Under the pieces are notes generated by a model. That model saw only the letters and a program-made list of their open reading frames with translations. It was not told where the DNA came from and ran no database searches. Positions 57,010-64,000 of a stretch of 64,000 bases of DNA are shown in pieces. This stretch comes from Octopus vulgaris (Eukaryota), in the NCBI GenBank assembly GCA_951406725.2, contig OX597826.1, positions 6,510,001 through 6,574,000 on the forward strand, read 5' to 3'. The position numbers were made by a program, and so were the translations under genes. Position 1 is the first letter of the stretch. Every line of letters begins with the position of its first letter.

Positions 57010-57480
57010 AATGTAAGATATTTAATATCAAACTTTAAACAATATGAGAAGTATTATGTGGTATAATGGAGAGTCATATGCAATAACTACAAGAAGATTC
57101 AGACCTTCATGAAGAGATGTCACCGGCAGATCCTCCATCTGAAATGGTTCGACAGAATGCCAGTCACCGACCTGTGGGAAAGGGCCTACCAGCAGCCCAT
57201 CCATGTTCAGATTAGCCGAAGGGAATGGAGATGGATCCGACACACACTGCGAAAAGAACCCTCAAATGTGACACAACAAGCACTTGAATAGAACCCGCAA
57301 GGGGAAAAGGAAGCGGGTACGCCCGAAGCAAACATGGAACCGGAGCATTTTGGACGAGCACAGGACCACCGGCCTGACATGGGAAGCAGCGAAAAAACAC
57401 GCCAATGACCACAAAAAGTGGAAAACAACAGTTGAGGTCCTATACTCCATAAGGGGCAAAATGGATTAAGAAGAAGGAGC
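57010..57480 (+). mobile_element. 3' end of an RTE-clade LINE
   Basis: IQTFMKRCHRQIL..W.....DLWER..Q.PI..QI.RR.WRWI.HTLRK...VTQQAL.*NPQG, KRKRVRPKQTW, (AAG)n tail. Confidence 0.9.
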
Positions 57481-58109
57481 ATGTGGTATCCACTATATGA
57501 GGATAAAGTAAACAAATGCATTTATAGATATATTTAATCACACTTGTTCAAAACCATGTGAAGAAACGCGCCTAGGGAAAAATTGTTAGTTGTAGAAGGA
57601 CAACATATCGGTACACAGAGTGTGAAGTATTAGACTTTATTTGAATCAATGCTTTAGGGAGAAATCTCTATATCTCAAAATGGAAATACGTATCAGATAC
57701 ATATAAACCTTTTCTTGGTGTATTGTGGAGATGGCAGTGACAAAGTTAACACCAATCGTGTCACCTGGTACTTACAACTATCAGAAGATATATATATCGA
57801 AGCAAATTTATATACATGGTTGTTGTCAGTGCTGTGGCTCAAGGAAAGGAAATACACACTCACGGGTTTCGTGAACTAATGAGCATTGTTTCATGTCGAG
57901 TGAACGAAGTGTTCAAACGGGAACAGATACACTGTTACGTTTTTCAGGCTTTGTTGATGACTCTTTCAAAGATTCCTGTGAAGTATGTTACATAATTCGT
58001 GTTTTCTCACTGCCACTACCATTAAAATACAAACGCTTATTTGCAGAATGAATTCGGAATTTTTTCTCAGATATAGTTATATCTCCCCAAACCCCACGTT
58101 GTGAAGCAC

Positions 58110-58540
58110 ACACACAATTGCTTTTATTATACATTATTGTATAATAGCTTCGACGTCTCGGTCTCCTTAGACTTCATCGGATGATGGTCTATTTGAGTTA
58201 ATTATGGGTTATGTTACAGGAAGTTGAGGTGAATGATTTTTTAAAAAATAAATTTAAAGTTAATAATTGTTCAGAATTCAGTCAGGCATGTAGAACTTTG
58301 TAGTGAGGTATGGTTATTTAAGGTTCTCGGTTTCAGTTCTTGTGGAACTTTTAGGTGTTTCCAAAATCAACGTAAGTAGGTGAAAAGGTTAGTTGGTCCG
58401 CCGATTTCTCACTAGACTTAGCTGTTTAGGATGTATTGGAACACTGATGGGAGACTTAGCCTGTTTGTTTTGCAAATGTGAAATTATTGTTCGGATTTTA
58501 ATCAAGCAGGCAAAACATTTTACTAAAGTACGTATATTCA
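58110..58540 (-). mobile_element. Decayed Penelope-like element: GIY-YIG C-terminal remnant followed by a hammerhead-like motif
   Basis: Minus strand SVFQYIL-like and ELKP..LNN pieces (cf. EAl.I...kP.LN), then CCGATGA-A-GTCT(AAGG)AGAC-CGAGACGTC at ~58152-58180. Confidence 0.5.
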
Positions 58541-58942
58541 TGTTGCTCAGTTTTAGCCGTCCATGAAATTTTAACTGTTCAACAATTGGTTCTTTATACA
58601 CACTCTTAACATGTAATAAATTCTATTCTATATATTTATATTTATAAAGTTAAAACATACAACGCTTTACAGAAAATATAGTATTGTATGTATTCAAAAA
58701 TTATAGAAAAGGAAAATGGAGAGGGAGGAAACAGATCACTTAGAGTTCCGCATCACAATAGATTCAGTGTGTGTAAATTTTTGTGCGTATGTTGTCATAC
58801 GTACAAAAGTCATTTTTAACTTACTAGGATCCCTTCTGCAGTGTTATTCAGCTCACTAAAGCTTTGGATGATTTCACGATACGTAAAGATTATTTCGATT
58901 AAATAAATAAAATGGAATGTGTGTGCGCGCGAGTTTGCATCG

Positions 58943-59039
<97 letters not shown>

Positions 59040-59041
<2 letters not shown>

Positions 59042-59245
59042 CAAAATGTGACGTCGTGTGTACCGTTGGTGATTTTTTCCTCTGTATTCCCTTCTCTGGA
59101 TCTTTCCTTCTCCCATGTTTCCGACGAAGAGCTCCGCTCGAAACGTTAAACCCTCATTTTTTCCTTCTTTCCTGAGCGTCCAATAATACCAGATTTGTTC
59201 CACGTCCTCGCGTTGTTGTGTTTTTTTGTGTTTTCTTGTTTGGAT

Positions 59246-59250
<5 letters not shown>
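59040..59250 (+). mobile_element. TA-flanked Penelope-like terminal repeat fragment
   Basis: Embedded in (TA)n on both sides. Shares the hammerhead motif and downstream TTTCCTGAGCG with the 2573-3428 element. Confidence 0.7.
59117..59151 (+). ncRNA. Minimal type I hammerhead ribozyme motif
   Basis: GTTT-CCGACGA-A-GAGC(TCC)GCTC-GAAA-CGTT-AAAC. Stem I GTTT/AAAC, core U4>C. Confidence 0.65.
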
Positions 59251-59294
<44 letters not shown>

Positions 59295-59296
<2 letters not shown>

Positions 59297-59401
59297 CCAG
59301 CGGGATGACGTCATTCGAAGGCTAAAACAATGTGAAGAGCATTGTTACCAGCGATGTGTAGCAACATCTGATAGCCTGGTCTGTGACGGTGATCAAGTTG
59401 A
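59295..59401 (+). repeat. Second copy of the ~105-bp structured repeat abutting (TA)n
   Basis: Aligns to 11625-11727. Confidence 0.75.
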
Positions 59402-62293
59402 TATATATATATATATATATATCAAATGGATGTGTTCTAAATCTATTGTGCTATATATCTTTGTGTACTTCAGAAAATAATATACATTCCTCTGAAGAGT
59501 AAGAATGTAACATTTCACCGTGACCATACCCTAGAACGTAAATCCTATACGGACGAAGCAATGTACGTGTAAAGAAAGAATGCAATAAGTGGTAAGTAAT
59601 TATCGATCTATCCATCCTTCCAGAAGCTTTTATTTCTTTCCTAAACTACAGCACCACAACATAATTGTGCATAGTCACATCACTTTTACGTGATGATATT
59701 TTGTGCTCTTCATATCAAATGATACCTTCTGATTGAGTTTGACAAGTAAATATTCAATTTCACGGTAATTCCATACTTTTTATCGTTGATTATGGATATT
59801 AATGAATATTATTTCAATATTCGGTAGAATGTAAGCCAAGTAGATGTTCAACGGGAGAGAATCATTACTATGCCTGGATATGAGATCAGAACGTGGAATG
59901 TTGGTATTATATTGCACAGATTAAAGCAATCCATCTTTATGTAATTCACCTTATATGTTCTTTAAAGCATCTCATATCACATTGTCATATGACAACGATT
60001 TTTTAATACTCCGACTGAAAAAATAAACACCAAGTCCCAATAAGTATAAATAAAAGCATGATGATATTTAAGGAAATGGACTGTTACATGACTCACCAGA
60101 CTTAGACAGAAATGAATGCATAAATAGATAGAAAGATTATTATTAAACAAATTATTACTAGTTTCCATATTTGTTATCTTCTTCAAATGCGATACATGAT
60201 TTGTTGATGGTCGAAAAGCAGCCAGCATCATGTGAGTCCCAGTCTAATATAAGCAGCCATTGTCAGTTATTAGATTTTTCTAAGTCGCGTTACTGGACGT
60301 TTATCTGAAAATATGGATATTGAGTGTAATCTTGGGTTTAGTCGTAAATCTTAGTTATCTACATACCTAATTTATGTTCGATTACAGGATTTACATTATA
60401 GATTTATTTTGCTTGTATATTCTGGACGCTGCCAAAGTTTTTATTATTTGTATTTCTCCCATTACAGTTGTTTATTTAGTCCGCTATTTAGATATGTACT
60501 GATACTGGAATGTCTCAATCGGTTCACCCTCTAATGTCGTTGTATTTTTATCGATAGGTTGTAGGATGAGTTAAGATGATTTAGTGTACTGAAATATTTC
60601 ATATATGTTTTTAAAATATAAACGAACGTTATAGTACTATCAATCTAGAAGGGGAATTAAACTATTACAGTCACTTCTTTACGGATTACTACATAAGTAT
60701 AACTCAAATACCAAAAAAAGAGAAATCTGCAAATGGACTTGATATAGGTATGTTATGTCTATTAGTCAAATTAACCCAATAAATGTAAGATGTAGTTTTA
60801 AAAGTTATGATGAAGCTGTGTCAAGTAATTTTAATATTTTATAATTTGCAATATTCCTTTATCTTTCGTGTAGTAGAAAACGTGTTTCTTTGTATGATGA
60901 GTAAACTTTTACTTTTAATATATTTTTTGAATACCTGTGTATATATAGATACATACATAAATACACATATAAATATGCGTGTGTGTTTATGTGTGCTTGT
61001 ATGTGTGTGTATGTGTGTGTGTTTATGGAGAAAACTTCCAATTTCTTTTACACAAAATTGACGTTGAGAGAGAGATTTGACTTACAAGATTTCATCAATG
61101 TTACTTTTGCTGAAGGTTTGAATGCCATCCGTAATTATCCGTAATTTTATTGTATTGCAGAAACGAAATGTGCATTTGAGATCGGTCAACCTTTTAGAAA
61201 CACCACACAATTTCGGACTGATAACTTATTATAAAATTAGTTACAACAGATATGAAATAGAAAGAAAAATCCTGTAGGACTTGATTAAAACGTATTTGTT
61301 CGTAATACTTGACCATAGGTTGACGATTGAATCTTCCATAACACTCTAATTTTTATTCTTTCTCTCACACCATACCGTAAAATTCTACTTCAGACATAAG
61401 AAAACTCATTAAGCACCTGATTATTTGCAATTACTTATGCATCGTTTCAGGCTGTAAAACGCTGAGAAATAGTCTAAAGTTTAAGAAAATTATTCTCAAA
61501 AGAGTGGCTTACTTCAATACTAGTCCTTAACAGATCTTTTGGAACATATGTACTTCATTCCTATAATTCATTTCTCACTTATGATGTACCACTGAGCGTA
61601 TCGTTTTGGTAAAATGATGTGAATTTCAATTTTCGTATGATATTACCACGTCAGGGACCCACATGATAGCCTCAATAGGATATCATTATTATGCTACAAA
61701 ACAAAGTCGATCAGCTGCCTGAACAAGGGGGACGTCGATTATGTGCTTTCTGATAAAATCACGGTGCCTGGAATTATCGGATGAACAAGGTACCTTGTAC
61801 CCCCAAATTGCCTGCCTTGCACTGAAATAAATAACAAATATCGTAGTACATCATATATGCTATTATCCCATGTTCACATCACATTATCATTAAAGCTTCC
61901 AATGAAGTTATTTGTCTGTTAGAAATATTAAGCAAATCTCCTTCAAATCTTATCACCTTAGAAAATAAGACACTCTTAACAATGTGCCAAGAGTTCTTTG
62001 CTCATGAGAATATGGCATGAAGCCAGACTTGAACTAATTTTAATCAGTCTAGTCAATAAGTGCTGACTTCCAGCGAAATATCGACATGAAGAGCATAAAC
62101 TTAAACTAATGTAAATATGTACACTTAATAACAATATAATGTTTCATGTGGTACAACCAACATTATAAATGCTAGGAAAAATATATTATATACTGTTGAG
62201 ATGTGGATTTTATAAACTTTTAGGGGAACGGGGATAAAATCTTTTTTTGAAATATCTTGAAGCACGCACAAGAATCTATAAATAATATCATAA

Positions 62294-62707
62294 GGCGGCG
62301 AGCTGGCAGAACCGTTAGCGCGGCGGGCGAAATGCGTAGCTGTATTTCGTCTGCCGTAACGTTCTGAGTTCAAATTCCGCTGAGGTCGACTTTGCCTTTC
62401 ATCCTTTCAGGGTCGATAAATTAAGTACCAGTTACGCACTGGGGTCGATGTAATCGACTTAATACCTATGTCTGTCCTTGTTTGTCCCCTCTGTGTTTAG
62501 CCCCTTGTGGGTAATAAAGAAATAGGTATTTCGTCAGCCGTTACGTTCTGAGTTCAAATTCCGCTGAGGTCGACTTTGCCTTTCATCCTTTCGGGGTCGA
62601 TAAATTAAGTAACAGTTACGCACTGAGGTCGATGTAATCGACTTAATCCGTTTGTCTGTCCTTGTTTGTCTCCTCTGTGTGTAGCTCCTTGTGGGTAATA
62701 AAGAAAC
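62294..62707 (+). mobile_element. SINE family D with a tandem duplication of its 184-bp 3' portion
   Basis: Head GGCGGCGAGCTGGCAGAA..GAGTTCAAATTCC. The unit starting GTATTTCGTC repeats at 62342 and 62526. Confidence 0.9.
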
Positions 62708-62991
62708 GGAATATCATGTAGATGTTGGGTTGGAAAAATGCTGTGTATAGAAACGTCTCTGCTATTCCAATCTCATGAAATTTCCCTCATAATTACATTT
62801 CTACTGGAAGGCCACACATTACAAAGTGTCTAATAGACAAAACTGACATTGCCACAGCTAGAATGGTTTTGAGCATTGATTTGTTTAATCTGAGTTAACG
62901 AAGTTTAACAATCAGCAGCAACTCCCCCACGACGATCGCTTACAATATTAACGTGCGTGCGTGCGTGTGTGTGCGTGTGTGTGTGTGTGTA

Positions 62992-63200
62992 AGGTGGTGA
63001 ATGAACAAAATCGTTATCACCTCGGACAAAATGCTTAGCGGCATTTTGTTTATCCGTATATTCTAAGTTTAAATTCCGCAGAGATCGACTGTTTTTCATT
63101 CTTTCGAAAGACTCCTTAATCAAGCACTGGCGCCGATGTAATCAACTTACCCACTTCCTCCAAAACTGTTGGCCTTGTGGCAAAATTTACAACCAATATT
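62992..63200 (+). mobile_element. Diverged SINE family D
   Basis: GGACAAAATGCTTAGCGGCATTT..TTCTAAGTTTAAATTCCGC.GAG.TCGACT..CACTGG..CGATGTAATC. Confidence 0.7.
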
Positions 63201-64000
63201 AAGATGTGTCCATTATCTATATTATAACGATAATTTGAGAGGGAAATACACTGCATAATACAAATGCGTATAATATACAAACACTTCATCTAATACTGAT
63301 ACCGCTTATATATTTTTAACATGCTAAACCATGTGATAGACTGGTTGATTCACCTGCATTCAAACTAGCTGGTGTCTCTGCCTACCTATCAAATGTGACG
63401 GATAAATCTCTCTCGCTATCAAACCCTATTGTCTAAAGGTACTGGAAGGACACATTATATAATTTACCCGTAGACTAATCTGAGGCACCGATGTTATAAC
63501 TGCAATTGCTTTCAAGTTTATTATGTCTCACTGGGTTGACCACCGAAGAAATGGCTTTAAATTTCGTGACAAGGCCAGTAATTCTGAGTAGAGAATTTGA
63601 TTACATTGACTGCAGTGCACAAGTGGTAATTATTATATCAAGCCAGAAGAAAGCCATCTAAGCATTTGTCCGATGCGCTGTCGATACGGCCAACTCACCA
63701 TTTAAAACCATTTGATAACTACTAATTTCTTCTTTAGGCATAAAGCCTGAAACGTTCAGGTAGGGGAAGTTCGATTACATCGAACGCAGTACTGGACTGG
63801 TTATTGTTTCAACCAAGAAAAAAGGATAGGTAAAGCTGATCTCGGTGGAATTTGAACTCAGGAAGAAGTAGGGTGAAATGCCCCAAAACATTTTGTCCGA
63901 CATGCTAACGATACTGGCAGCTCGGAATAAAGAATATCTACGTTAAAACGTTGAATATAAATTATTAAAACCTACTTCGAATCACCCCCGGCCATTGGAA

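Overview
AT-rich, microsatellite-saturated animal genomic DNA. The tRNA-SINE families and repeat landscape suggest an octopus/coleoid cephalopod (inference). I found no intact protein-coding gene. Almost all ORFs in the supplied track are translations of (TA)n/(CA)n/(ATCT)n repeats. Supported content: (1) a heavily decayed receptor-type guanylyl cyclase pseudogene on the minus strand (~53.2 to 43.4 kb), with ANF-receptor, juxtamembrane, kinase-homology and cyclase motifs in collinear order; (2) Penelope-type terminal-repeat elements sitting in (TA)n arrays and carrying minimal hammerhead ribozyme motifs, including a tandem pair 536 bp apart and a perfect 76-bp hairpin; (3) at least four tRNA-headed SINE architectures with shuffled modules, one sharing its 3' stem-loop with a CR1/L2-group LINE end in the window; (4) RTE, R2/Hero-type and Gypsy fragments, mariner derivatives and MITEs, and two non-autonomous Helitrons. 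All assignments come from reading by eye. Boundaries of decayed elements are approximate.
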